Of a stretch of 64,000 nt of DNA, positions 46,176 to 55,194 are shown piece after piece. The DNA is from Candidatus Calditenuis fumarioli (lineage in GTDB: Archaea > Thermoproteota > Nitrososphaeria_A > Caldarchaeales > Calditenuaceae): NCBI GenBank assembly GCA_030059665.1, contig JANVYR010000002.1, positions 257,441 to 321,440 on the forward strand, read 5' to 3'. The translations under genes were made by a program, and so were the position numbers. The stretch's first letter is position 1. Every line of letters begins with the position of its first letter. A model generated the notes under the pieces. It did no database searches. It was not told where the DNA came from and saw nothing but the letters and a program-made list of their open reading frames with translations.

Positions 46176-49135
46176 TGTCGTCGCAGCAGGGCCTCAGGCA
46201 GAGCGACCTCCTCGCCCGGTACCCGCACCTCAGGGATTACCTCACCGAGCTTCAGCGGAGGGGTTTCAGGCCTCCGACGTTCGCGGTCCAGCTCTCGAGG
46301 GAGATGAGGGACCTGAACGAGGTGAACGTACTCTACCCGATAGGCGACCCCTACTTCGTGCACGTCTACTCGGTTCCCGGCGAGAAGTGGAGGAGGTACG
46401 TGGTCGTCCAGCCGGAGATCGAGGGAGAGGCCTGGAAGGCGCTGCAGTACGTCGACGAGGCCCTCGCCTACCGCCTGCTGAAGGTCGACGAGCAGGAGGT
46501 GAAGGAGGACAGGGCGAAGGTCCTCGAGCGCCTCCTCTCCGAGGTCGTGAGGCCCGACCCGTCCCTCAAGCGCGGCGAGTTCAGGCCCCTGAGGCGCAGA
46601 GGGGTTGTGGTGCAGATACTCGCGGAGCCGAGGCTTGCGGAGGGGATAAGGCACTACGTCCTGATGGAGAAGACCGCCCACGGCGCAATAGAGCCACTGA
46701 TCAGGGACCCCTACATCGAGGACATCAGCTGCACCGGCATCGGGCCGGTCTTCATAGTCCACAAGGTCTTCGAGTCCTGCGTCACCAGCATCGAGTTCAG
46801 GGACGAGAAGGAGCTGGACGAGTTCGTGGTGAGGCTCTCCATCAAGTGCGGTAGGCCCGTTAGCTTCAGGAACCCGATCGTGGACGCCCAGCTCCCCGAC
46901 GGATCGAGGGTCAACATCGTCTACGGCTCCGACGTGAGCAGGAGGGGGTCCAACTTCACCATCAGGAAGTTCTCCGACAAACCGATCAGCATAACGCAGC
47001 TCGTGAAGTGGAACGTCCTCAGCGCGGAGATGGCCGCCTACCTCTGGATGCTCCTCGAGTCGAACATGAACGTCTGGTTCTGTGGCGAGACCGCGTCGGG
47101 CAAGACGACGCTCCTCAGGGCCGCGGCCGTCTTCATCAGGCCGACGTACAAGATAGTGTCGATAGAGGACGTTCCGGAGATAGTCGTGCCTCACGAGAAC
47201 TGGGTCAGCGAGGTGACGAAGAGGTCCGAGACCGGTGTGGGTGGGGTCGAGCTCTTCGACCTGCTCAAGGCGGCGCTGAGGCAGAGGCCGAACTACATCA
47301 TCGTGGGCGAGATACGCGGTGCCGAGGCCTCGGTCGCGTTCCAGGCGATGCAGTGCGTCGACGACGCCCTCCTCCACACCTACAGGGGTCCGGTGTGGAT
47401 CTCGGAGCTCTACAGGGCATACGCGCACCTTGCGGAGCTCGACGGTGACGGCTCGGCTCTGGTCAGGCTCCCCTCAGGGATCAGGGTGCCCGTGACGACG
47501 CCGGGGAGGAGCGAGGCCTGGGTCGGAGAGGTGGTGGGGCTGAAGAGGATGGAGGCTGGGGCGACGGTGAGGGTCGAGCTGCCCAACGGCCTCTCGATGA
47601 GGGTGACGCCGAACCACCGCTTCGTGGTCAGGTCCAACGGAGGCGAGGAGGAGGTGACCGCGGCCGAGCTCCTCGAGCTCTGGAGGTCGGGCATGAGGTC
47701 CGTCAAGCTTTCCCTCAGGAGGCCTGCGGTCCTGGCCCCACGACAGAACCTCCCGATGCCCAGAAGGTACGCGATCCCAGCCAGCGGAGGGACGCTTAGC
47801 TACCTCATCGGCCGCCTGATCGGAGGCGACTACCTCGTCAGGGAGGACGGAGGGTACGCGCTGGTCTCGAGGGTCAGAACGGGGTCGGAGGCGGGGAGGC
47901 TCGAGGGCCTGCTGGGGTCGATCACCGACTGCGAGCTGAGGTTCAGGTCCAAATCGCTCAAGGGCTCGGTGAAGGTCCTGGCGCGCGGCATCCCTGCGAG
48001 GCTCGTCCACTGGGCGGCGAGCAGGGGCCTCCTGGTGGGAGACGGCAGGACGTTCTGGGCGGTGGCCGATCGGGAGGCACGGCTGAGGTGGGACGCCCTC
48101 GCGGCGGGCCTGGTAGACGCACTGGAGGGATGGGAAGGGAAACCGCAGGGTCCGGACCCGGTCAGGAGGGCGCTGGACCTCCTCTGGTCGATCCGGGAGC
48201 TGGGCCTCGGGGACTGCGCCGAGCTCAGGGTGGGGTACGGGTTCCATGGGTCGGCGGAGCTGGAGAGGGCAGCGGGGAACCTCGGGATCCGGGTCAGGAG
48301 AGTCGGCGGGAGGTCGTTCTCGGTCTCGGTGGAGCGCGGCGTCGACTGGGAGGCCTCCGGAGGATCGCTCGAGGTGCTGGAGCACTTCAGGGTTCCGGCG
48401 GACGAGTGGAGCTGGGCCGTGCACGACCTCTGGAGGGCCGGGATCAACGTCCTCTCCTTCAGGGAGGGAGACCAGGTCTTCCTCCAGCCCGCACAGGACT
48501 GGGTCAGGGTCTCCGACGTCTCGCCGTCCGGGCCGGCGACGGTCTACGACCTCGTGCTCGAGGGAGGGAGCTACTACATGGCCGGGACGGGGCCGGTTCT
48601 CCCGGTGATGGACACGGGCCACGGCGTGATCTCGACCTTCCACGCGGGAAGCGTCCAGAAGCTGATCCAGCGGCTGGTCAGCGATCCGATCAACGTCCCG
48701 AAGACGTTCATAGACAACCTGAACTGCGTCGTCCTCCAGAGCGCTGTCATCCACCCCCAGACGGGGAAACTCGAGAGGAGGGTGCTGAGCTTCAACGAGA
48801 TCCTCGGCGTGGACTCCGAGACGGGAGGGGTCAACTACGTCGAGGTCTTCAGCTGGAACCCCGTGACCGACATGCACGAGTTCAGGGGCGAGGGCACGAG
48901 CTACCTCCTCGAGGAGAAGGTGGGAAGAATGCGCGGTATACCCCGGAGGGAGATGAGGAAAATCTACAGGGAGCTGTACACCAGGGCCGAGTTCATCAGG
49001 AAACTGATCGCGCTCGGCGTCTTCGAGTACAAGGACGTCTTCAACGCCGTGGCCCGGGCCTACTCGGTCGGCGTCGAGAGGGCTCTGGAGGAGGTGGAGG
49101 TGGTTGCTCGGCAGAGGGCGGAGCAGCGACGCTGA
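46175..49135 (+). CDS. flaI: Archaellum assembly ATPase FlaI, intein-containing precursor
   Basis: Walker A GETASGKTT, IIVGEIRGAEA Walker B, TGHGVISTFHAG; 986 aa versus about 560 aa typical because of 420-aa insertion. Confidence 0.85.
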   Translation: MSSQQGLRQSDLLARYPHLRDYLTELQRRGFRPPTFAVQLSREMRDLNEVNVLYPIGDPYFVHVYSVPGEKWRRYVVVQPEIEGEAWKALQYVDEALAYRLLKVDEQEVKEDRAKVLERLLSEVVRPDPSLKRGEFRPLRRRGVVVQILAEPRLAEGIRHYVLMEKTAHGAIEPLIRDPYIEDISCTGIGPVFIVHKVFESCVTSIEFRDEKELDEFVVRLSIKCGRPVSFRNPIVDAQLPDGSRVNIVYGSDVSRRGSNFTIRKFSDKPISITQLVKWNVLSAEMAAYLWMLLESNMNVWFCGETASGKTTLLRAAAVFIRPTYKIVSIEDVPEIVVPHENWVSEVTKRSETGVGGVELFDLLKAALRQRPNYIIVGEIRGAEASVAFQAMQCVDDALLHTYRGPVWISELYRAYAHLAELDGDGSALVRLPSGIRVPVTTPGRSEAWVGEVVGLKRMEAGATVRVELPNGLSMRVTPNHRFVVRSNGGEEEVTAAELLELWRSGMRSVKLSLRRPAVLAPRQNLPMPRRYAIPASGGTLSYLIGRLIGGDYLVREDGGYALVSRVRTGSEAGRLEGLLGSITDCELRFRSKSLKGSVKVLARGIPARLVHWAASRGLLVGDGRTFWAVADREARLRWDALAAGLVDALEGWEGKPQGPDPVRRALDLLWSIRELGLGDCAELRVGYGFHGSAELERAAGNLGIRVRRVGGRSFSVSVERGVDWEASGGSLEVLEHFRVPADEWSWAVHDLWRAGINVLSFREGDQVFLQPAQDWVRVSDVSPSGPATVYDLVLEGGSYYMAGTGPVLPVMDTGHGVISTFHAGSVQKLIQRLVSDPINVPKTFIDNLNCVVLQSAVIHPQTGKLERRVLSFNEILGVDSETGGVNYVEVFSWNPVTDMHEFRGEGTSYLLEEKVGRMRGIPRREMRKIYRELYTRAEFIRKLIALGVFEYKDVFNAVARAYSVGVERALEEVEVVARQRAEQRR
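47354..48613 (+). mobile_element. Intein with LAGLIDADG endonuclease domain inside FlaI (between AMQ and TGHG)
   Basis: Starts with Cys (CVDDALL), block B TPNHRF, LAGLIDADG-like LSYLIGRLIGGDY and LLVGDGR, block G-like VYDLVLEGGSYYMAG; ends ...VLPVMD before Thr (+1). Confidence 0.7.
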
Positions 49136-49139
49136 GCTG

Positions 49140-50561
49140 ATGATGGCCTACCTGAGGGCCCTCGCCACCGAGGACCTGGACGACCTGACGTACCTGGACC
49201 TGGTGGCCTCCACCTCGGGCCGCATGGGATCCGTTGTGAGACCGCTGGCCCAGGCGAGGAACCTCTTCCGTAACTGGGGATTCGGGCTGGGGAAGGCCCT
49301 CAGGTCAGTTGCATCGACCGTGGCCGACGTGAGGGTGAGGGGCCTGGTGGAGAGGATGGGGAAGTCGGTGGAGGCCGGGATGAGGTCGGTCGCCTACGTC
49401 AGGATGGAGTACGAGCGGATGAGGGACATAGGAAGGAGGGAGATGGAGAACGCGCTGGAGCACGCCAAAACGCTCGGCGACCTCTACATGACCCTGATCA
49501 GCACCTTCACCTTCCTGATAGCGGCCTTCGTCATCGCCTCGAGCACCTTCAGCGGCATCAGCGGATCTACCGTGCTCTCGGCCGTCCTCGCCGGGATCTG
49601 CGCCTCCTCGGTCTTCGTCGTCATCCTCACCTGGAGGTACGTGGGCACGGACTCGATCGTCTCAACCGGGCCCTTCGCGCCTCCGTGGATCAGGACGGTG
49701 GAGTGGGTGGCGCCCTACGCGGTGGTCGGATCGCTGGTCGCATCGCTCCTCTCCGCGCTACTCCTCGGCCCCGGTACCGGGAGCCTGCTCAACGCTTTCA
49801 TCGGCGGAGCCCTCGCATCCCTCGGCCTCTCCAGCTGGATCAGATCCAGGAAAATACCGGCGCTCGACGCAGACCTGCCGATCCTCTTCAGGGCGCTCTC
49901 CGAGGTGATCTCCCACTTCAAGGACCCGGTCGAGGCGATAGGCGTGGTGTCGGAGGGCCAGTCGAAACCGCTCCGTCGGCTGCTCGAAAAGGTCAGGTCG
50001 CTCCTCAGGGGAGGGGTGGAGCTGGGGGCCGCGATGAGGTCGGCCTTCTCCGCCACCGGCAGCAGGCTCGCCTCAGACGCGTCCGAAGTTTTGGTGGAGG
50101 GGATAAGGTTGGGGGTTCCGTCGTCCGGGGTCGGTGGGGTCATCTACCTCTACCTGAACGACAAGCTCTCGCTGAGGAGGAAGAGGTCCCAGGTCGCCGG
50201 TTACCTCAAGGGCGTCGCTTACCCCTCGGTGGCCACCTCGGCAGCCATCATGGGAGTCGTCGGGTCGCTCTACTCGCTGCTCCTCGACGCGGTAACCATG
50301 GTGAGGAACTTCCTGCCCCTGAGCCCCGACCTGCCGCTGGAGCTGATGTGGCGAGTGATGGCCGTCTCCCTCGTTGCGATCTCCCTCACCTGCGCCATGT
50401 TGGTCTACCTGATCGAGGGCTCCTCCAGGGCCCACCTCCTCCTCCACCTCGGGCTTATGCTGCTGACCTCCATGGTCCTGTTCTACGCCACGGCGACCGG
50501 GACGAAGGCGCTGCTGGAGTCGATGACCTCGCACCTGTCGCGCATAAGGTCGATGTGGTGA
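49140..50561 (+). CDS. flaJ: Archaellum membrane protein FlaJ (TadB/GspF-like)
   Basis: Polytopic membrane protein with two cytoplasmic domains, directly after flaI stop. Confidence 0.8.
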   Translation: MMAYLRALATEDLDDLTYLDLVASTSGRMGSVVRPLAQARNLFRNWGFGLGKALRSVASTVADVRVRGLVERMGKSVEAGMRSVAYVRMEYERMRDIGRREMENALEHAKTLGDLYMTLISTFTFLIAAFVIASSTFSGISGSTVLSAVLAGICASSVFVVILTWRYVGTDSIVSTGPFAPPWIRTVEWVAPYAVVGSLVASLLSALLLGPGTGSLLNAFIGGALASLGLSSWIRSRKIPALDADLPILFRALSEVISHFKDPVEAIGVVSEGQSKPLRRLLEKVRSLLRGGVELGAAMRSAFSATGSRLASDASEVLVEGIRLGVPSSGVGGVIYLYLNDKLSLRRKRSQVAGYLKGVAYPSVATSAAIMGVVGSLYSLLLDAVTMVRNFLPLSPDLPLELMWRVMAVSLVAISLTCAMLVYLIEGSSRAHLLLHLGLMLLTSMVLFYATATGTKALLESMTSHLSRIRSMW

Positions 50562-50565
50562 GAGC

Positions 50566-51012
50566 TTGCAGGAGCTGCTCGGCGCCCTTAGCATCGCCTC
50601 CGCGCTTGTGGTGCTGGTGCTGATCTGGGTTACCGCGAAACCCGTTAGGAGGCACGGTACGCCGACGGCCGCCTGGAGGGCTGAGGAGAGGGTTGCGGTG
50701 ACGCGTCAGGCCCACCGCGAACCGGAGGCGAAAGGTCTGCCGGAGGAGAGGGCCGAGGCCGTGGAAATGGGGAAGGAGGCCGCAGAGGAGAAGCCGGCAA
50801 CGGAGCAGCAACCCACATCCGTCGAGGGCGGGTCGCGGCAGCAGGGATCGGAAACCCAGGAGGTCGCGGCGGACGCCGGTCAGCAGGAGACGGTAAGCAG
50901 CGACGAGGAGGTCGAGGAGGAGCTGGTGAGGGAGCTCTCGGAGACGCTGAGCCTCTACCGGCAGCTGCTGGAGGAGCTGAACAAGCTGAAATCAGGAGGT
51001 GGTTCGAAGTAG
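50566..51012 (+). CDS. Hypothetical membrane-anchored coiled-coil protein
   Basis: Single N-terminal TM, acidic linker, C-terminal coiled coil; last gene of archaellum cluster. Confidence 0.4.
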   Translation: MQELLGALSIASALVVLVLIWVTAKPVRRHGTPTAAWRAEERVAVTRQAHREPEAKGLPEERAEAVEMGKEAAEEKPATEQQPTSVEGGSRQQGSETQEVAADAGQQETVSSDEEVEEELVRELSETLSLYRQLLEELNKLKSGGGSK

Positions 51013-51519
51013 CTCCAGAGCCCTCATCCCGAGCTCGTGGTACTTGTCGCCGTGGCGCTGAACGTTCGCTATCACCCTGCCCTTCGACGCGGACAGCATC
51101 TCCTCGGAGCTGAGGAGGGCCTCTCCGATCGCGATGGCCTGAGATCCCCTCTCCTCCCTCACCACCACCACGTCGCCCCGCGAGAAGGTGCCCTCGATCC
51201 GGACGATGCCGGGCCTCATCACGGCGGCGCCGTTGAGCACGTGCGGCACCGCTCCGAGGTCCACGTAGACGGCCGGGTACCTTGAGAGCAGGGGACCGTT
51301 GACCCTCTCGGCGGCTATCGGCAGCAGAAGACCCCTGTGTTCGAAGAGGACGAAACCGTCGAGGACCAGTACCCTCCGCTCCTCGGCCTCCATCACAGCG
51401 CCGGTCCTGCACTCAAGCTCCAGGCCCTGAGACCTCAGCTTCTCCCGCAGCGCCCTCAGGTCGGACTTGCTCAGCCGGTGGAAGCGCAACGCCTGCCCGG
51501 TCAAGGTGTGCGGAGCCAA
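50992..51519 (-). CDS. PUA-domain RNA-binding protein
   Basis: GAAVMRPGIVRIEGTFSRGDVVVVREERGSQAIAIGEAL PUA motif; true start may be the internal Met at 51393. Confidence 0.6.
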   Translation of the reverse strand: MAPHTLTGQALRFHRLSKSDLRALREKLRSQGLELECRTGAVMEAEERRVLVLDGFVLFEHRGLLLPIAAERVNGPLLSRYPAVYVDLGAVPHVLNGAAVMRPGIVRIEGTFSRGDVVVVREERGSQAIAIGEALLSSEEMLSASKGRVIANVQRHGDKYHELGMRALELLRTTS

Positions 51520-51550
51520 GCCTTATCTCCTATCCGACGGTGAACGGAGC

Positions 51551-51844
51551 GTGAGGAGGCTCAGCGAGAGGGCCGTCAGGAAGGCGCTGGAGGGTCTCCC
51601 CAAGTGGAGGCTTGCGGGGAAGAGGATCGTCAGGGTCGTGAGGTACGAGGGCTTCATGCCCGGCGTGGAGCTGCTGAACGAGATCGCGAGGCTGGCGGAG
51701 CAGATGGAGCACCACCCCGACGTTACCGTCTCTTACGGAAGGATGAGGATCTCGGTAACGACGCACGACGTCGGAGGCCTGACCGAGCTGGACTTCCGGC
51801 TGGCGGAAAGGATCGAGGAGCTCCTGAGATCTAAAGGGCTCTGA
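51551..51844 (+). CDS. Pterin-4a-carbinolamine dehydratase
   Basis: EHHPD signature; the ATG at 51467 would overlap the divergent PUA gene, so the in-frame GTG at 51551 is preferred. Confidence 0.65.
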   Translation: MRRLSERAVRKALEGLPKWRLAGKRIVRVVRYEGFMPGVELLNEIARLAEQMEHHPDVTVSYGRMRISVTTHDVGGLTELDFRLAERIEELLRSKGL

Positions 51845-52916
51845 GGGCACCCTCCGCGTCGAGGACCACCGCGATCCCCAGCCTCACCACGGCCTCGAGG
51901 TCCCTCAGGTCCAGCATGAGGTTCGGCGAGTGGAGGTACCTGCAGGGCGTGGCCAGCACCACCGTCGGTATCCCCCTCCTCTGGAGGTGTATCCTGCCGG
52001 CATCAGTCCCGCCGCCCGTCATCACCTGGACCTGGTACGGGATGCCCCTCGACTCGGCGAGGCCGATGAGCCACCTGACGAGGCCCGGGTTGGTCAGCAT
52101 GGTGGAGTCCATGGCCCGTATGGCGGCGCCCGCACCGAGCCGCGTGACGTGGTCCTGCGGAGGGACTCCCGGAACGTCGGCCGCGACCGTGCACTCCAGG
52201 ACGACAGCGAGGTCCGGATCCACCTGCTCCACCACCACGGAGGCCCCTCTCAGGCCCAGCTCCTCCTGCACCGTGAAGACGGCGTAGAGCTCTGGACGCT
52301 CGGAAGAGGACGCCAGCTCCCGGGCTATGGCGACCTCCGCAGCGCACCCGGCCCTGTCGTCGAGGGCCTTCGAGATGACCCTGTTGCCGGAGAGGTGAAA
52401 GTTGGGAGGGAAGGTGACGTAGCTCCCGACCCTGATCCCCATCGCCTCAGCCTCGGCCCTCGAGGACGCTCCAACGTCGACGTACAGGTCCTTAACGTTC
52501 GGGACGGTCTTCATCTCCTCGGGCGTCATGACGTGCGGCGGCTTCACGCCGATGCATCCATCTACCGGGGAGGAGCCGTGGACGACGACCCTCTGGCCGA
52601 TCAGCACCCTCGGGTCCAGCCCGCCGAGCGGCGCTATGTGGAGGAACCCGGACTCGTCGACGTGCCTGACGATCATGGCCACCTCGTCCATGTGGGCCAC
52701 CAGCATCACCCTCGGTCCCCTGCCCCGGCCTATGCGGAAGAAGAGGTTGCCGAGGTTGTCCCTCCACCTCTCGGAGGAGATTGGTGCGAGGGCCTCCTCG
52801 ATCCTCGAGGCGACGTCTTTCTCCCACGCAGGAGGGCCGTATGCCGATGCGAGCGCCTTCAGGGTTCCCAGAAGCTCCTGCCCCTCGACCACCACGTACG
52901 TGACGTGACGCCTCAT
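51831..52916 (-). CDS. M42-family aminopeptidase (TET/FrvX-like)
   Basis: VMLVAHMDEV, KALDDRAG, FTVQEELGLRGA metal-ligand motifs. Confidence 0.85.
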   Translation of the reverse strand: MRRHVTYVVVEGQELLGTLKALASAYGPPAWEKDVASRIEEALAPISSERWRDNLGNLFFRIGRGRGPRVMLVAHMDEVAMIVRHVDESGFLHIAPLGGLDPRVLIGQRVVVHGSSPVDGCIGVKPPHVMTPEEMKTVPNVKDLYVDVGASSRAEAEAMGIRVGSYVTFPPNFHLSGNRVISKALDDRAGCAAEVAIARELASSSERPELYAVFTVQEELGLRGASVVVEQVDPDLAVVLECTVAADVPGVPPQDHVTRLGAGAAIRAMDSTMLTNPGLVRWLIGLAESRGIPYQVQVMTGGGTDAGRIHLQRRGIPTVVLATPCRYLHSPNLMLDLRDLEAVVRLGIAVVLDAEGALRAL

Positions 52917-52948
52917 TGCTATAAGCCCGATGCGTTGGTGGATGTCGG

Positions 52949-53749
52949 ATGGAGAGGCTCCAGGTCCTGAAGATCGGAGGCTCGGTCCTCACCGATAAGA
53001 GGGCCGGAAGGGGCGAGCTGAGGGAGGAACTCCTCAGGGAGATCTTCAGGCGCATCAGGGAGGAGGTGAGGGGGCCGCTGGTACTGGTCCACGGAGGAGG
53101 CAGCGAGGTCCACAGGGTGGCGGTCGAGCACAACGTCTCGAGGGGGATCGGGCACAGCACGCCGGAGGGCTTCGTCAGGACCGCGATCGAGGTCAGGAGG
53201 GTCAACCTCAGGGTCACGGAGCTGATGCTCTCGTCGGGCCTTCTGCCGTTCTCCGTCCCAGCATCCCTGGCCTTCAGGACCTCGGGTGGAGCGATAAGGT
53301 CCGCGAACCTCGAGCCCTTCCTCGCTTCGTTGGAGCTCGGCATGACGCCGGTGACCTGCGGCGACGTCGTCTTCGACAGGGAGCTGGGCTTCACGGTCCT
53401 CTCGGGGGACGCGATAGCGGTCCACCTGGCAATCAAGCTGAGGGCCGCGAGGATAGTCCACGCAACCGACGTGGACGGCGTTCTGGTCAGGGACCCGGAC
53501 GGAGGAACGAGGGTGCTGCCCGCGATGGACTACGAGACCCACCGCAGGACCATCTACACGGAGGTGCCCGACGCGACAGGTGGGATGGCCACGAAGGTCG
53601 AGGAGGCCTTCGAGGCCGTCAACGCCGGCGTCGAGGTAGTCATCGTCAACGGCCTCAAGCCCGAGCGGGTGATCGGAGCCCTGAGGGGCGACCGCGTCGA
53701 GGGGACCTACCTGGTCAAGGACCTGACCTCCTTCAGGCCGAGGGTCTGA
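52949..53749 (+). CDS. ipk: Isopentenyl phosphate kinase (amino-acid-kinase fold)
   Basis: VLKIGGSVLT, LVHGGGS, CGDVVFD...LSGDAIA motifs. Confidence 0.75.
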   Translation: MERLQVLKIGGSVLTDKRAGRGELREELLREIFRRIREEVRGPLVLVHGGGSEVHRVAVEHNVSRGIGHSTPEGFVRTAIEVRRVNLRVTELMLSSGLLPFSVPASLAFRTSGGAIRSANLEPFLASLELGMTPVTCGDVVFDRELGFTVLSGDAIAVHLAIKLRAARIVHATDVDGVLVRDPDGGTRVLPAMDYETHRRTIYTEVPDATGGMATKVEEAFEAVNAGVEVVIVNGLKPERVIGALRGDRVEGTYLVKDLTSFRPRV

Positions 53750-53887
53750 GTCGGCGTCTTCCAACGATGCCGCAAAACTCCATCGCTCCGTGACGGGTGC
53801 CCCTCGCCTGGCGCGGAGAACCGGTAGCCTGGTCCCGATAACGTTTTCTAAGGCCGAGTCGGAGAGCGATCGGCGCCCTTGAAGGCG

Positions 53888-54556
53888 ATGCTCCTGAGGG
53901 TCCGCGGAAGGGTGCAGCGCGTGGGATACAGGAGGTACGTCCTGGACAGGGCGCAGGAGCTCGGCGTCAGCGGTTACGTGGAGAACCTCGAGGACGGCTC
54001 GGTTAGGGTTTTCGTCCAGGCAGAGGACGAGGAGGCCCTGGAGCAGTTCCTGAGGGCCCTGAGGGAGCCGCCGCCCCCGGCCCTCGTCAGATCCGTCGAG
54101 GAGAGGCCGGCCAGGCCCAACCGGAAGCTCAAAACCTTCAGGATAAAGTACGGCAGGCTTGCGGACGAGCTGCAGGAGGGGTTCGGCGCTATGCAGGCGG
54201 TCTTCATGAGGTACTGGGACGAGTTCCGCGACTACAGGAGCGAGTTCCGCGAGTACAGGGAGGAGTTCAGGGAGTTCTCCCGGAGGACCGACGAGAACTT
54301 CAGGCAGATCCTCGAGAGGTACGGCGAGATATCCGCGAAGCTGACCGAGATCTCCGAGCGGCTGACGAGGCTGATGGAGGCCTTTGCGGAGGAGACGAAG
54401 AGGAGCAGGGAGAACTTCGAGGCGCTGATGAGGGAGTCGGCGGAGACCCGGCAGAGGCTCTCGACCGCCCTCGAGCTGCTGAGGCTCACCGTAGAGAAGC
54501 TCGGCATCAGGACTCAGGGTTCCTCGAGCTTGGGGACCGAGCGGGAAGCGACCTGA
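53888..54556 (+). CDS. Acylphosphatase-like domain fused to C-terminal heptad-repeat coiled coil
   Basis: N-terminal LRVRGRVQRVGYRRYV...GYVENLEDGSV acylphosphatase fold; EFRDYRS-EFREYRE-EFREFSR tandem heptads. Confidence 0.6.
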   Translation: MLLRVRGRVQRVGYRRYVLDRAQELGVSGYVENLEDGSVRVFVQAEDEEALEQFLRALREPPPPALVRSVEERPARPNRKLKTFRIKYGRLADELQEGFGAMQAVFMRYWDEFRDYRSEFREYREEFREFSRRTDENFRQILERYGEISAKLTEISERLTRLMEAFAEETKRSRENFEALMRESAETRQRLSTALELLRLTVEKLGIRTQGSSSLGTEREAT

Positions 54557-54611
54557 CGCGCTATCCTATCGCCAGCGCTCCATGATGCCTGCCTGCCGTG
54601 CGGGCTCCTTG

Positions 54612-54720
54612 GTTCAGGCACCGATCGGCGTCAGCTCAGCCGACCTTTCCCTGACACTTGTCGCATACCCTCTTTCCCTTCACCATGAAGAGCTTCTCGG
54701 TCTTGCGGCCGCAGAGCTCG
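54612..54720 (-). CDS. Candidate small zinc-ribbon protein (about 35 aa)
   Basis: Minus-strand reading VVGVPRCELCGRKTEKLFMVKGKRVCDKCQGKVG* with two CxxC pairs; below the ORF-track size cutoff. Confidence 0.25.
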
Positions 54721-54956
54721 CACCGGGGCACGCCCACCACCCCACCAGTCGACGTCGGCCGCGGTTATTTGGCTTTACCCGTCCTGGATGTGGTCCAGTT
54801 AACTCCCACGAACCCTTTGCTGGTCCGGCCCGGGTCAGATGCACCGCATTCGATGCATGGTCCGCTATCGCAACGAACGATCAACACGTCTGCACATCAC
54901 GAAACATGATGTTATACCATCACCATATTATGGAAACTGCCAGAAGGTGAAATACA

Positions 54957-55030
54957 TGGGCCCGGTGGGATTCGAACCCACGACCTCCCGGTTATCAGCC
55001 GGGCGCTCCGCCAGGCTGAGCTACGGGCCC
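54957..55030 (-). tRNA. tRNA-Ile (anticodon GAU), no intron, CCA not encoded
   Basis: Reverse complement folds as GGGCCCG-TAGCTCAGCCTGGCGGAGCG-CCCGG CTGATAA CCGGG-AGGTC-GTGGGTTCGAATCCCAC-CGGGCCC-A. Confidence 0.9.
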
Positions 55031-55194
55031 AACCAAGGTTACGCCAATCGCGTCGTTAATTTAGCTTACTAGGGAAGTCGGCGTTACTGAAGCGATGGAT
55101 GCTAATTGACCCACCGTACACACCCGATAGCTGGGCTCGACGGACTCCGTAATGACCGAGAGCCTTTTGTCCTCCGGAGGATGAGAGCATCAGG

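Noticed and set aside
47474-48877. 467-aa minus-strand ORF inside flaI
   Set aside because: Antisense to the intein-coding segment, with an R/P/G/D-rich translation typical of GC-rich non-coding frames.
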